A DNA stretch of 64,000 bases from Endomicrobiales bacterium (GTDB taxonomy: Bacteria > Elusimicrobiota > Endomicrobiia > Endomicrobiales > JALOBY01): the NCBI GenBank assembly GCA_963796955.1, contig CAWCNJ010000004.1:1-64000 (forward strand), written 5' to 3'. The translations under genes and the position numbers were made by a program. Shown one piece after another: positions 9,285 through 18,818 of this stretch (within the stretch, counting starts at the first letter, position 1; each line of letters starts with the position of its first letter). Under the pieces are notes generated by a model, which was given only the letters and a program-made list of their open reading frames with translations, searched no databases and was not told the origin of the DNA.

Positions 9285-9695
9285 ATGGCGTTTATTGAGT
9301 GGAACGACGATTTAAGTGTTAATGTTGAGGTGTTTGATGCGCAACACAAAAAGCTTGTCGGGTTGATCAATCATCTGCATGAGTCTATGTCTCTTGGCAA
9401 AGGCAAGGACGTTCTCGGCCAGGTTCTTAACGACCTTATAGAATATACCATCACCCATTTCGCCGACGAAGAAGCCGCGTTGAAAAAATATGGTTTTCAT
9501 GGCTATTCTATACAGCTGGCGGAACACCATTCCCTTACCGCAAAAGTTCTGGACCTGCAGCGTAAACTAAGCAGCGGTGAAGCGGTCTTAAGCATAGACA
9601 TAATGAAATTCCTGAAAGAGTGGCTTACCCACCACATCCTTGAAACAGACAAACAGTACGGCGTTTTCTTCGCATCAAAAGGCATTACGCTTTAA
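9285..9695 (+). CDS. Bacteriohemerythrin
   Basis: WNDDLSV...DAQHKKL, HFADEE, WLTHHILETD; SD AAGGAG. Confidence 0.92.
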   Translation: MAFIEWNDDLSVNVEVFDAQHKKLVGLINHLHESMSLGKGKDVLGQVLNDLIEYTITHFADEEAALKKYGFHGYSIQLAEHHSLTAKVLDLQRKLSSGEAVLSIDIMKFLKEWLTHHILETDKQYGVFFASKGITL

Positions 9696-9741
9696 CGACA
9701 TTATATGGGACATCCTGGCATACCAATCTCAAAGACATCTC

Positions 9742-9802
9742 TTGACGAACGATGGGACATAATGTAGACTTATGTTGTTAATATTGTAGGACATATGTCC
9801 TA
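9742..9802 (+). promoter_or_regulatory. Promoter and palindromic operator of the HTH-Fic gene
   Basis: TTGACG(9742)-17 bp-TAGACT(9765); perfect palindrome TAGGACATATGTCCTA at 9787..9802; extra GGACAT half-sites upstream. Confidence 0.65.
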
Positions 9803-9833
9803 TGGTTATTGCTGGATTTTTTAAGGAAATGTC

Positions 9834-10727
9834 ATGTATCAGGCAAACGACAAAGAGAAGATAGAAGCTATAATCAAGGCTACGGGTATAACCCGGGCTG
9901 AATTGGCGCGCCGTTTGGAGGTTAGCTACAAAACGGTCTATCGCTGGCTGGACACGGGCGGTAAGCCCCATCCCAGGCAGGCTCGGGATATTGACGATCT
10001 TTATAAAGAGTATGTGGATATTTGTTCTGAAGTAAATAAGTTGAAGCGGGCAATGCCAAACCCCTTAACAGTCTTGCGCAAGAACACTGCTGTCCGCGAT
10101 GCTATGTACCTGCAAATGACTTACAACTCAAATGCCATAGAAGGCAGTCGTATGACCATTAAAGATACCGAAATGGCGCTTGCAGGCAAGAACGTGCGCG
10201 GTAAAGAAATTTTCGAGGTATTTGAGGCTGTGAACCACCGTAATGCAATGCACTATGTTATAGATACTGTCTGCGCAGATTTCGAGATCACAAAAGAGTA
10301 CGTTCTTAAACTTCATGAGATCGTATTGTATAATTTTAATGATAAACTTCCGGGTAAATACCGTACCGGCTATGTGAACCTGACCAATACGGATAAAAAA
10401 TTGCCATCCGCCCAGGATGTGCCATTGAAGATGGGAAAACTGATAACAGAGATGAACAGGTACGGCGATGATGTGCTTGGCAGTATAGCCCGTGCTCATT
10501 ACGAGTTTGAAGCTATCCATCCCTTTTTTGACGGTAATGGGCGTGTCGGAAGGTTGCTGATGATGACACAGCTTTTAAGCAACGGGTACGCGCCCGCGGT
10601 CATAAAAATAGATGACCGTTATTCCTACTACATGGCGCTGAGCAAGGGTGACAACGGCGATTTGAAACATATGACCCAGATGGTGTGTGATGCTGTTATA
10701 CTGGGCTACTCACTGTTAGCGCGGTAA
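9834..10727 (+). CDS. XRE-type HTH plus Fic domain protein (class II-type inhibitory motif)
   Basis: TRAELARRLEVSYKTVYRW HTH; SNAIEG inhibitory helix; HPFFDGNGRVGR. Confidence 0.92.
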   Translation: MYQANDKEKIEAIIKATGITRAELARRLEVSYKTVYRWLDTGGKPHPRQARDIDDLYKEYVDICSEVNKLKRAMPNPLTVLRKNTAVRDAMYLQMTYNSNAIEGSRMTIKDTEMALAGKNVRGKEIFEVFEAVNHRNAMHYVIDTVCADFEITKEYVLKLHEIVLYNFNDKLPGKYRTGYVNLTNTDKKLPSAQDVPLKMGKLITEMNRYGDDVLGSIARAHYEFEAIHPFFDGNGRVGRLLMMTQLLSNGYAPAVIKIDDRYSYYMALSKGDNGDLKHMTQMVCDAVILGYSLLAR

Positions 10728-10986
10728 AGAAAAAACCCTGCCCACTGCAACCATCACCATGTCCAGCGGCCCGCAAACCGCCAAAGTGCTTGCCAAACAT
10801 ACATAGCATAACAAGTTTAGACTTTGGTACTATTTTATTGTATAATCAAACTCACAAAGCTAAAGGTCTTCGAATGCAATCAAAAATGTGCCGGGGTGCA
10901 CCCATACGGCGGGCACGGGCTATATTGTGGCTTGCCGGGTATTTGGGTAGATCGCGGTTAAATTTGTGATGAAACAGTATTTACGT

Positions 10987-11071
10987 GCCGGGGTGGTGGA
11001 ATGGCAGACACAACAGACTTAAAATCTGTCGGTCCGCAAGGGCCGTGCGGGTTCAAGTCCCGCCCCCGGCA
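10987..11071 (+). tRNA. tRNA-Leu(TAA)
   Basis: GCCGGGG/CCCCGGC acceptor stem, ACAGA-CTTAAAA-TCTGT anticodon arm, long variable arm, GTTCAAGT T-loop; CCA not encoded. Confidence 0.97.
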
Positions 11072-11126
11072 TGAAGTTTGTTTACAAGTCCCGTCCCGCT
11101 GATACAGGATTCACTAAGGAACGACT

Positions 11127-11978
11127 ATGACCGGACATAATACACTTATAGATTTTGACTCTGTCGAGAAGAACCTGGAGCATGTGCACCAGCGTAATCT
11201 CGGCATACAACAGATCCCGATCGATAAGATCGTCGGCAGCATTGGGCGCTACGCTGATTTTACCGAGGGCTTCCGCTTTCATGAAGACCGGATATCGGCA
11301 AAGTATGAGTGGATCAAAAAGGCGATGCTGGACGGCAGAATATTGCCGCCGATAAAGGTTTACCAGATACTGGATAACTATTTCGTGATAGACGGCCACC
11401 ACCGCGTTACGGTGGCCAAATCACTTATGGGCGCGGTGGAGATAGACGCAGAAGTTATTAAAATAGATTTCAATTTTCAGCTTTCCGCCGACAAACATTA
11501 TAACTACGATACCGAGCAGGCTAAACGGTTCCTGATAAAGCTGGAGGAAGACGCTTTTCAGCGCGAGACCTATATTAAGAACGAAATTGTGGCGCACCCC
11601 ATGAAGGTGACTGATCTGACGAGCTACGGCAAGCTCTACGAAGAGATAAAGGATTTCCGCAAGAATTACAACGCCGGGGAGTTCGCCAAAAAGCACATAA
11701 TATTCGCCAGCTACACCTGGTACGAAACACGTTTTCTGCCGGCGATAAAGATCATGATGGAAGAGCAGGTGCTGCACGGTTTTAAGAACCGCACTTATAC
11801 CGACCTGTACCTGTGGATACAGCAGCACAAGTATTTCCTGAGCCAGCAGGCGGGCCACGACGTAGGTTTTGACTTTACGAAGCACGATTTTATCCAGCGC
11901 TACCGCAAGGTTAAGTTCCTGGATATTTTGCCGGGAGTATTTAAAGATATCGTCCATAAAATAAACCCGAACCAATAA
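11127..11978 (+). CDS. ParB/Srx-like N-terminal domain protein (DUF4032-like)
   Basis: IPIDKIVGSIGRYADF...LPPIKVY...YFVIDGHHRV; C-terminal RTYTDLYLWIQQHKYFLS. Confidence 0.8.
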   Translation: MTGHNTLIDFDSVEKNLEHVHQRNLGIQQIPIDKIVGSIGRYADFTEGFRFHEDRISAKYEWIKKAMLDGRILPPIKVYQILDNYFVIDGHHRVTVAKSLMGAVEIDAEVIKIDFNFQLSADKHYNYDTEQAKRFLIKLEEDAFQRETYIKNEIVAHPMKVTDLTSYGKLYEEIKDFRKNYNAGEFAKKHIIFASYTWYETRFLPAIKIMMEEQVLHGFKNRTYTDLYLWIQQHKYFLSQQAGHDVGFDFTKHDFIQRYRKVKFLDILPGVFKDIVHKINPNQ

Positions 11979-11998
11979 TCTTATTTTCCGAAGGGTGA

Positions 11999-12748
11999 AT
12001 GAACATACTGGCAGTCGCAGATATACCAAGCCGCATACTGGAGGCGATGATACTTCGCACTCCCGAAAGCCTTAAAGGGTTGGATGTTATCATATCCTGC
12101 GGCGACCTTGAAAAAGAATACCTTGAGTTCCTTGTTGACGGCATAAACAGGGAACTTTTTTTTGTCTTCGGCAACCATCAGGGCGAGTGGGACCTGGACG
12201 AAGACATAGACCTTTCGCCCGGCGAGAAAATGCTGGCCAGGGCCCGGCACCTGCAGCAAAAAATAAAGAAACGGATAGCGGGAATAAAAGAGCTGCACGG
12301 CCGCGTTGTTCCCTTCAAAGATTATCTTATGGTGGGCTTCGGCGGCTGCATGTGGTACAACGGCGGCGAGAACCAGTATACTGAAAAAGAGATGGCCAAA
12401 GTGGTCTCGGCCTCCGCATTGAAGATAAACTTACTGCGCCTGAGCGACCGCCTGCTCGGCAGGCCGCAAAAAGAAGTGATCGTTATAACCCATGCGCCGC
12501 CCTTCGGCATACACGACCAACCGGACATTCCCCATACCGGCTTTAAATGCTTTAATTCTTTCCGAAAAGAGATAAAACCGCTGCTGTGGCTGCACGGCCA
12601 CATCCATTTGCTGGAAAGCCACGGAAACCAGGTCACCGTTGAAGGCCATACCACTATACTGAACACCTACAGCCACAAATTCATATCCATAAAGAAAGAC
12701 AAAATAGATATCTCCCAGAGGCCTTCCCTGGAGCCGGCGATACCATAA
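11999..12748 (+). CDS. Calcineurin-like metallophosphoesterase (Icc-related)
   Basis: AVAD, CGDL, GNH, THAPP and HGHIH motifs. Confidence 0.9.
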   Translation: MNILAVADIPSRILEAMILRTPESLKGLDVIISCGDLEKEYLEFLVDGINRELFFVFGNHQGEWDLDEDIDLSPGEKMLARARHLQQKIKKRIAGIKELHGRVVPFKDYLMVGFGGCMWYNGGENQYTEKEMAKVVSASALKINLLRLSDRLLGRPQKEVIVITHAPPFGIHDQPDIPHTGFKCFNSFRKEIKPLLWLHGHIHLLESHGNQVTVEGHTTILNTYSHKFISIKKDKIDISQRPSLEPAIP

Positions 12749-12763
12749 GTTATCAAAGCTTGC

Positions 12764-12792
12764 TTGACACCCGCGCGGCAAAGTGCTAGTAT
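12764..12792 (+). promoter_or_regulatory. Sigma70 promoter for tRNA-fMet
   Basis: TTGACA-17 bp-TAGTAT with an extended TG. Confidence 0.7.
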
Positions 12793-12803
12793 GAACACCT
12801 AAT

Positions 12804-12880
<77 letters not shown>

Positions 12881-12890
12881 TTTACGTCAC

Positions 12891-12922
12891 AAGCGCGTCG
12901 GGGCAACCCTCGGCGCGCTTTT
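12891..12922 (+). terminator. Hairpin/intrinsic terminator after tRNA-fMet
   Basis: AAGCGCGTCG-GG-GCAA-CC-CT-CGGCGCGCTT followed by a short T run. Confidence 0.6.
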
Positions 12923-12957
12923 GATTTAAAACTATTACAAGGCATAAAAAGGACATT

Positions 12958-14559
12958 ATGAACAAGATCAAATTTAACGAATTAACGCTTTCGGCTGAGA
13001 TGCATAAGGCCATCAAGGATCTGGGTTTTGAAGAAGCCACGCCCATTCAGTCTCTGGCAATACCCGCCATGCTTGCCGGCAAGGATATTATCGGCCAGGC
13101 GCAGACGGGCACCGGTAAAACGGCCGCCTTCGGCATTCCCGCTATAGAATTGCTGGAGCCAAAAACCCGCGGCGTGCAGGTGTTAGTTATGTGCCCTACT
13201 CGCGAACTCGCTATTCAGGTCTCGGAACAGGTTGGCCAGCTGGCGAAATACCGCAGGGATATCAGCGCGGTGCCGGTTTACGGCGGTCAGCCCATAGTAC
13301 GCCAGATACAGGCGCTTAAAAAGGGCGCGCAGATAGTTATCGGCACACCCGGCCGCATAATGGACCACCTTGAACGCGGCACGCTGATATTGACCGGTGT
13401 AAAGCTTGTCGTGCTGGATGAAGCCGATGAGATGCTGGATATGGGCTTTCGCGATGATATAGAGACCATTCTTAAGACTGTGCCTACGCAGCGCCAGACA
13501 GTGTTGTTCTCTGCAACCTTCGCCAAACCTATCATGGACCTTGCCAAGCGCTACCAGAAACATCCTGAAACCATCAAGATACCGCACGATAAATTGAATG
13601 TGCCGCGCATAGACCAATCATACTTCGAAGTGCGCGAAGACATGAAAGTGGAAACCCTTTCCCGGGTGCTGGACGTGCACGATATCCACCTTGCCCTTAT
13701 ATTCTGCAATACCAAACGCCGCGTGGACGAACTGGTAGGCCAGCTGCAGGCCCGCGGTTATGCCGCCGACGGCATCCATGGTGACATGGTACAGAGCCAG
13801 AGAGACCGGGTGATGGGTAAATTCCGCAGCGGCACTACTGAAATACTGGTAGCCACCGATGTGGCCGCCCGCGGCATAGACGTGGAAAACGTTGAAGCAG
13901 TGGTAAATTTTGAAGTGCCCGGCGATGAAGAAGCTTACGTGCACCGTATCGGCCGCACCGGCCGCGCGGGCAAAGAAGGCCGCGCTTTCAGTTTTGTTTC
14001 CGGCCGCGAAGTCTATAAGTTGCGCGATATCCAGCGCTTCGCTAAAATAACGATCCGCCGCCAGGCGCCGCCATCACTGGAAGATGTGGCACAGATGCGC
14101 GCCGGCATAATGCTGGACGTAGTAGCCAAACAGCTTGAGGCGGGCGGTCTTGAAAAATACGCCCAGCTGCTGAACCGTTTTGTAGGCGAACAATATTCGT
14201 CTCTGGATGTAGCCGCCGCTCTTTTAAAGGTGCTTATGAAACCGGCGGTCGCCCCCAAAGAAGAAAAGAAATCGCCGACGGGCGCATCTTTTGCCGATAC
14301 CGGCGCGGAAATGGGTTTCGTCAGGCTGTTCCTGAGCCTTGGCCGTTCGCACGGCATTAAGCCCGGCGATATAGTGGGCGCGATAGCCGGCGAGGTAGGC
14401 CTTCCCGGCAAGGCGATAGGCAAGATAAATATTCAGGATCATTGTTCCTTCGTTGACGTTCCAGAGGACCAGGCGACGAAGATAATAGCCGTGATGCGCA
14501 CCAAGCAGATAAAAGGCCGCCGTATCGCCATAGAGCCTGCGAGCGCCACGAAAAGATAA
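12958..14559 (+). CDS. deaD: DEAD-box RNA helicase with DbpA-type RNA-binding C-terminus
   Basis: AQTGTGKT, PTRELA, DEAD, SAT, HRIGRTGRAG; C-terminal GDIVGAI. Confidence 0.92.
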   Translation: MNKIKFNELTLSAEMHKAIKDLGFEEATPIQSLAIPAMLAGKDIIGQAQTGTGKTAAFGIPAIELLEPKTRGVQVLVMCPTRELAIQVSEQVGQLAKYRRDISAVPVYGGQPIVRQIQALKKGAQIVIGTPGRIMDHLERGTLILTGVKLVVLDEADEMLDMGFRDDIETILKTVPTQRQTVLFSATFAKPIMDLAKRYQKHPETIKIPHDKLNVPRIDQSYFEVREDMKVETLSRVLDVHDIHLALIFCNTKRRVDELVGQLQARGYAADGIHGDMVQSQRDRVMGKFRSGTTEILVATDVAARGIDVENVEAVVNFEVPGDEEAYVHRIGRTGRAGKEGRAFSFVSGREVYKLRDIQRFAKITIRRQAPPSLEDVAQMRAGIMLDVVAKQLEAGGLEKYAQLLNRFVGEQYSSLDVAAALLKVLMKPAVAPKEEKKSPTGASFADTGAEMGFVRLFLSLGRSHGIKPGDIVGAIAGEVGLPGKAIGKINIQDHCSFVDVPEDQATKIIAVMRTKQIKGRRIAIEPASATKR

Positions 14560-14583
14560 TAACGCTGTTGACGGAGCATATTG

Positions 14584-14629
14584 TAAGCCGGCCGCGCTTT
14601 GAGATCAAAGCGTGACCGGCTTATTTTTT
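14584..14629 (+). terminator. Intrinsic terminator; also copy 1 of a repeated hairpin
   Basis: TAAGCCGGCCGCGCTTTGA-GA-TCAAAGCGTGACCGGCTTA followed by TTTTTT. Confidence 0.8.
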
Positions 14630-14734
14630 CGTTGCACACTCAGCGTCAGTAAAAGTGGAATCGGGTAAGCGATGCCGGGCCCGGTTTTTGATACAATCAA
14701 TAAGAAGTAAAATAGAATAATAGCGAGGTGTATT

Positions 14735-15424
14735 ATGCAAACTTTCACTAATTTAACTTTGAATTTGATGTTGTTCGCTTCAATGGTTACCGGCATAGCG
14801 CATGCGGATACCAGGGTTATGAAACAGGCCGGAGCTCCCATTCAAGCTAAGGATTTTTCTTACCTGCTTGGCACCGAGGGTTTCAGCGATACCTTGTTGA
14901 AAAACCATTTCAAACTGTATGAGGCGTATGTAAAGAACACTAACACATTGCTGGACGCGCTCAACAAAATGAGCGCCGACAAGACCGACAAAACGCCCCA
15001 GTACGCGGAATTAAAGCGCCGGCTCGGGTGGGAATTCAATGGCGTGTTATTGCATGAATATTATTTTGAGAATATCGGTAAAGGGGAAATACCCGGCGAT
15101 AATAGTCCCTTGAAGAAAAAACTGGCAGAAGCTTTCGGCAGCTTTGATAGCTGGAAGCAGGATTTTACCGCTACCGCCTCCATGCGCGGTATCGGCTGGG
15201 TAGTGCTCTACGTTGAACCACGCACCGGAAAGGTCGTCAACGAATGGATCAACGAACACGACACCGGCCACCTGTGCGGCGCGACGCCATTATTGATACT
15301 GGATGTCTTCGAGCACGCCTATATAACGGACTACCAGCTGGATAAGCCGAAATATATCGAAAATTTCCTGAAGAATATAAATTGGAAGGTGGTGGAAGAG
15401 AGGTTCAATAAACTGAGTCAGTAG
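14735..15424 (+). CDS. Fe/Mn superoxide dismutase (ChrC-like subgroup) with putative signal peptide
   Basis: Metal ligands in NHFKLY, LLHEYYF and DVFEHAY; hydrophobic N-terminus ending AHA; SD GAGGTG. Confidence 0.9.
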   Translation: MQTFTNLTLNLMLFASMVTGIAHADTRVMKQAGAPIQAKDFSYLLGTEGFSDTLLKNHFKLYEAYVKNTNTLLDALNKMSADKTDKTPQYAELKRRLGWEFNGVLLHEYYFENIGKGEIPGDNSPLKKKLAEAFGSFDSWKQDFTATASMRGIGWVVLYVEPRTGKVVNEWINEHDTGHLCGATPLLILDVFEHAYITDYQLDKPKYIENFLKNINWKVVEERFNKLSQ

Positions 15425-15457
15425 CGGTTACATTAAATTCCGGTTTTGCAGCAATAG

Positions 15458-15507
15458 CCTGCCGTGTCTCAGCCGCAAGGTCGTGAGATACGGCAGGTCA
15501 TTTTTTT
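15458..15507 (+). terminator. Intrinsic terminator after sod
   Basis: CCTGCCGTGTCTCA/TGAGATACGGCAGG stem followed by T7. Confidence 0.8.
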
Positions 15508-15624
15508 GTCCGTATGTCGGTATTTTTACCTGTTCTCAAAAAAATTCTGTGACACGGCCGCCAGAAAAATATAGTATATAGAGAATCTTAACACCGATAG
15601 AAGCTTTTGCGATCAAGGATACTC

Positions 15625-18600
15625 ATGAGAATTCCTACAACGCTGTCCTATGCTTTTTTGTTGCTGTGGTTACCAGTCGCCGGGAATTGCGGGATCATAA
15701 CGGGCAGCCCCGACCTGGTGCTCGGCCAGCAGGATATTAATACTTCCGTTGCTAATACCGTCGACGGCAAAGGACTTGATTTGCCCGCTGGCGTAGCGAT
15801 CGATAAGGCGACCGGCAGAATCTATGTGTCCGATACCTATAATAATCGGGTTCTCTGGTGGGATAATGCGGCCGGGCTTGCAAACGGCGCACCGGCCAAC
15901 GGTGTGCTGGGACAGCGGGATATGGTCGGCTGCACGGCGAATGGCGGCGGAACGGTCGATGCCGGCAATTTTTCATCGCCGGCAGGTCTGTGTGTTGATA
16001 GCGGCGGTAATCTCTGGGTAGTGGACACCGGTAATTCGCGCGTGCTGAAATTCGGGCATCCTTATGCAAACGGGGCGAAGGCAGAGCTTGTCCTGGGGCA
16101 ACAGTATTTAGACCGTGTTCAACGGGGGCCTGCTGCTATGTCTTTAAATATCCCGCGAGGTGTCTATGTAGACGGCAATGGTGATGTGTGGGTAACTGAC
16201 GCATACTTTAACCAGATTTTGCGGTTCTCCCGTCCTGAAAGTAATGGCCCCTCAGCTAACCTGATACTAGGACAGGCAATATTGCGCCAGCCTTACGGTA
16301 TAACTGGCGACAATGCAGGCAACATCTGGGTATCTGATTACTACAACAACCGTGTTCTTCATTACGATCTTGCGGTCAGCACCGTGAATGCCGTGTCGGT
16401 GTACGGTCAGCCGGATTTCAACAGTATAAGCATGAATAGAGGAAAAGGCTGGTCCGGTATCGGTGCTGATACGATTTACGCGCCAACCGGAATAGTTTAT
16501 GACGGGGCCGGAGGTCTGTACGTTACCGATTGCGCGGGCGCACGTGTTGTGAAATACTCATTTGCCGCCAGCACCTGCAACGCGGTGTGTGTTTTGGGTC
16601 AGCCCAATTTTACAACCTTAGGTTATGCTGCTGGCGTCGGCTCGAGCACGATAAGCGGCGCTATAGGGCTAAGCGTTGATGCCTCGGCTAATCTCTGGAT
16701 TGCCGATAAAGGGGGTAACCGGGTATTGAGGTTCTCTGCGAACACACTTACCTCAGGCGCAGGTTCCGATAAAGTCATCGGCCAGCCGCTTTTTACGAGC
16801 AACTCTGTAAATTCTGTCAGCAACAAGGGCATGGACGCGCCCTTCGATATAGCCATAGACACGCAAACAGGAAGGATGTACGGCGTTGATCAAAAAAATA
16901 ACCGGGTTCTGTGGTGGAATAACTGCGCTGCTCTTGCTAATGGCGCCCCGGCCGACGGTGTCGTGGGGCAGGCTGATACCATGTCGGGCGCGATAAACGG
17001 CGGCGGTGATTGCGGGCCGGCTACCCTGAACCAACCCATAGGCATATGCGTTGACGGCTCGGGAAATCTCTGGGTTGCCGATGAGAATAATCAGCGCGTG
17101 GTCCGCTTTCCGGCGCCGGTTGTAACAGGCGAGTCGGCTGATATCGTTTTAGGGCAATTTAATTTCACCAGCAACAATCCCGGTTCAGGCACAAAGGGCC
17201 TTACATGCCCGTACGATGTAGCTGTTGACAGTAGCGGCAATGTCTGGGTCTCTGATTCGGTTAATAACCGGCTGCTTAAATACAATTATCCTCAGTCTAA
17301 CTGGGCGCCTGCGGATATGGTGCTTGGTCAGGCCGATTTTACCACATTTTACGCTAATCGCGGGGGGGCGGTTTCCGCGGGCGGCTTGCAATACCCCAGG
17401 CATATTACGATAGATCCTTCAGGCAGGCTGTGGGTTGCAGACGATTGGAACCACCGGGTGCTTTGTTTTAACGCGCCTTCTGCTAACGGCGCTAACGCCG
17501 ACGGTGTGATCGGCCAGCCCGATTTTATAAGCGGTAGCGAAAACAGAGGCCTCGGGGTGTATAATCCCGGCGCGGATTGCCTCAGGGACCCTTTCAGTGT
17601 TACCTTTGACCGTAGAGGCTACCTGTGGGTAAGTGACCGGGGCAACAACCGCGTGTTAGGCTACTCACTGGCTGCAAGTTCTTCGGCGGTTTTCGTGGTT
17701 CCCACGAATATTTTCATCGGCAACGGTGTTGAGGAAGACCCCATGGGATTATGCGCCGATGCGGCGGGCAATATCTGGGTCGCCGACTGCGCTCTGCACC
17801 GGGTGCTGAAATATAACACCCTTGCCTTAACAGCATGCGCACCGTCGGTGGGGAGAAACCATTGTTCCGAAAGGCTGACGCTGCTGGGGCAGGAATTCAC
17901 ACCATCAAGCAGTGTAAAGCTGACAAAGCAGGGAGAGCCTGACATCACCGGCGTTACCCAGGTGCTGGATGCAGGAAGGTTAGGGTTTTCCACCAGTCTG
18001 ATGGGCAAAACAACCGGGACCTGGAATATTGTGGTGAGCACCGGAGGCGCCTATCCGTGCTACTCCGTCACCTATCCGCTGGAGATAATCGCCTCCTCGA
18101 ACGCGGTTGTCGGCGTGGTAAGCGGCGCCGCGGGTGGTAGTTTTTCGTTACCGCTTTACTGGGGAACCGTGACCGTGAATGTGCCGGGCGCAGCTTTTGC
18201 CTCTGATCTGTACATGTCGGTAAGCGAAGCTGCATTGCCTCTGGGGTCGCAGGGAGCGGTAAGGCCCGGCGCGATGGCCTTTGAGATACAGAATAGCCTG
18301 GCTGCTCAGCCGCAGAAAGAAATAAATATCAGCATCGCCTACCTGAACTCAATGATATCACAGGCGCCTGAAAGCAGGTTGTATATAGCCCGTTACGACG
18401 ATACGCGACACACGTGGATATTACTGCCTTCAAGTGTGGACACAGCCCGTTGTGTGGTTACCTGCACGACCGATCATTTGTCAACGTTCGCGCTGGTCCA
18501 GATAGCGGCGCAGAACAACCTTGATGAGTTCAAGGTATACCCCAATCCTTACCGGCCGGGATCCGCGACCGACCACAATGATACTGCGCTGGGCAAAGGG

Positions 18601-18816
18601 ATCGTATTTTCCGGACTTACCGAACGCTCCAGGATCAGGATATTTACCGTGGCGGGCGAGCTGGTGCGCGAAATAAAATCATCCGGCGCCGTTGTGCTGT
18701 GGGACACTAAAAATAACGGCGGCGCGGATGTTGCCTCCGGCGTGTATGTATATATCGTGACGGATCCTGATGATACGTCGCACAAGGCTCACGGCAAGTT
18801 GGCGATCGAGCGATAA
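15625..18816 (+). CDS. Secreted NHL-repeat (beta-propeller) protein with T9SS type-A-like C-terminal domain
   Basis: Signal peptide; many P-x-G-x-x-VD-x-x-GNLWVxD-x-x-N-x-RV-L...LGQ repeats; C-terminus KVYPNP...IFTVAGELVR...WD...ASGVY...GKLAIER. Confidence 0.88.
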   Translation: MRIPTTLSYAFLLLWLPVAGNCGIITGSPDLVLGQQDINTSVANTVDGKGLDLPAGVAIDKATGRIYVSDTYNNRVLWWDNAAGLANGAPANGVLGQRDMVGCTANGGGTVDAGNFSSPAGLCVDSGGNLWVVDTGNSRVLKFGHPYANGAKAELVLGQQYLDRVQRGPAAMSLNIPRGVYVDGNGDVWVTDAYFNQILRFSRPESNGPSANLILGQAILRQPYGITGDNAGNIWVSDYYNNRVLHYDLAVSTVNAVSVYGQPDFNSISMNRGKGWSGIGADTIYAPTGIVYDGAGGLYVTDCAGARVVKYSFAASTCNAVCVLGQPNFTTLGYAAGVGSSTISGAIGLSVDASANLWIADKGGNRVLRFSANTLTSGAGSDKVIGQPLFTSNSVNSVSNKGMDAPFDIAIDTQTGRMYGVDQKNNRVLWWNNCAALANGAPADGVVGQADTMSGAINGGGDCGPATLNQPIGICVDGSGNLWVADENNQRVVRFPAPVVTGESADIVLGQFNFTSNNPGSGTKGLTCPYDVAVDSSGNVWVSDSVNNRLLKYNYPQSNWAPADMVLGQADFTTFYANRGGAVSAGGLQYPRHITIDPSGRLWVADDWNHRVLCFNAPSANGANADGVIGQPDFISGSENRGLGVYNPGADCLRDPFSVTFDRRGYLWVSDRGNNRVLGYSLAASSSAVFVVPTNIFIGNGVEEDPMGLCADAAGNIWVADCALHRVLKYNTLALTACAPSVGRNHCSERLTLLGQEFTPSSSVKLTKQGEPDITGVTQVLDAGRLGFSTSLMGKTTGTWNIVVSTGGAYPCYSVTYPLEIIASSNAVVGVVSGAAGGSFSLPLYWGTVTVNVPGAAFASDLYMSVSEAALPLGSQGAVRPGAMAFEIQNSLAAQPQKEINISIAYLNSMISQAPESRLYIARYDDTRHTWILLPSSVDTARCVVTCTTDHLSTFALVQIAAQNNLDEFKVYPNPYRPGSATDHNDTALGKGIVFSGLTERSRIRIFTVAGELVREIKSSGAVVLWDTKNNGGADVASGVYVYIVTDPDDTSHKAHGKLAIER

Positions 18817-18818
18817 TA

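Noticed and set aside
10888..10898. GTGCCGGGGTG identical to the 5' start of tRNA-Leu (possible att site)
   Set aside because: Only 11 bp, att duplications usually involve the 3' end, and there is no integrase
14698..14710. FNR-like site TTGAT-ACA-ATCAA upstream of sod
   Set aside because: The spacer is 3 bp rather than the required 4
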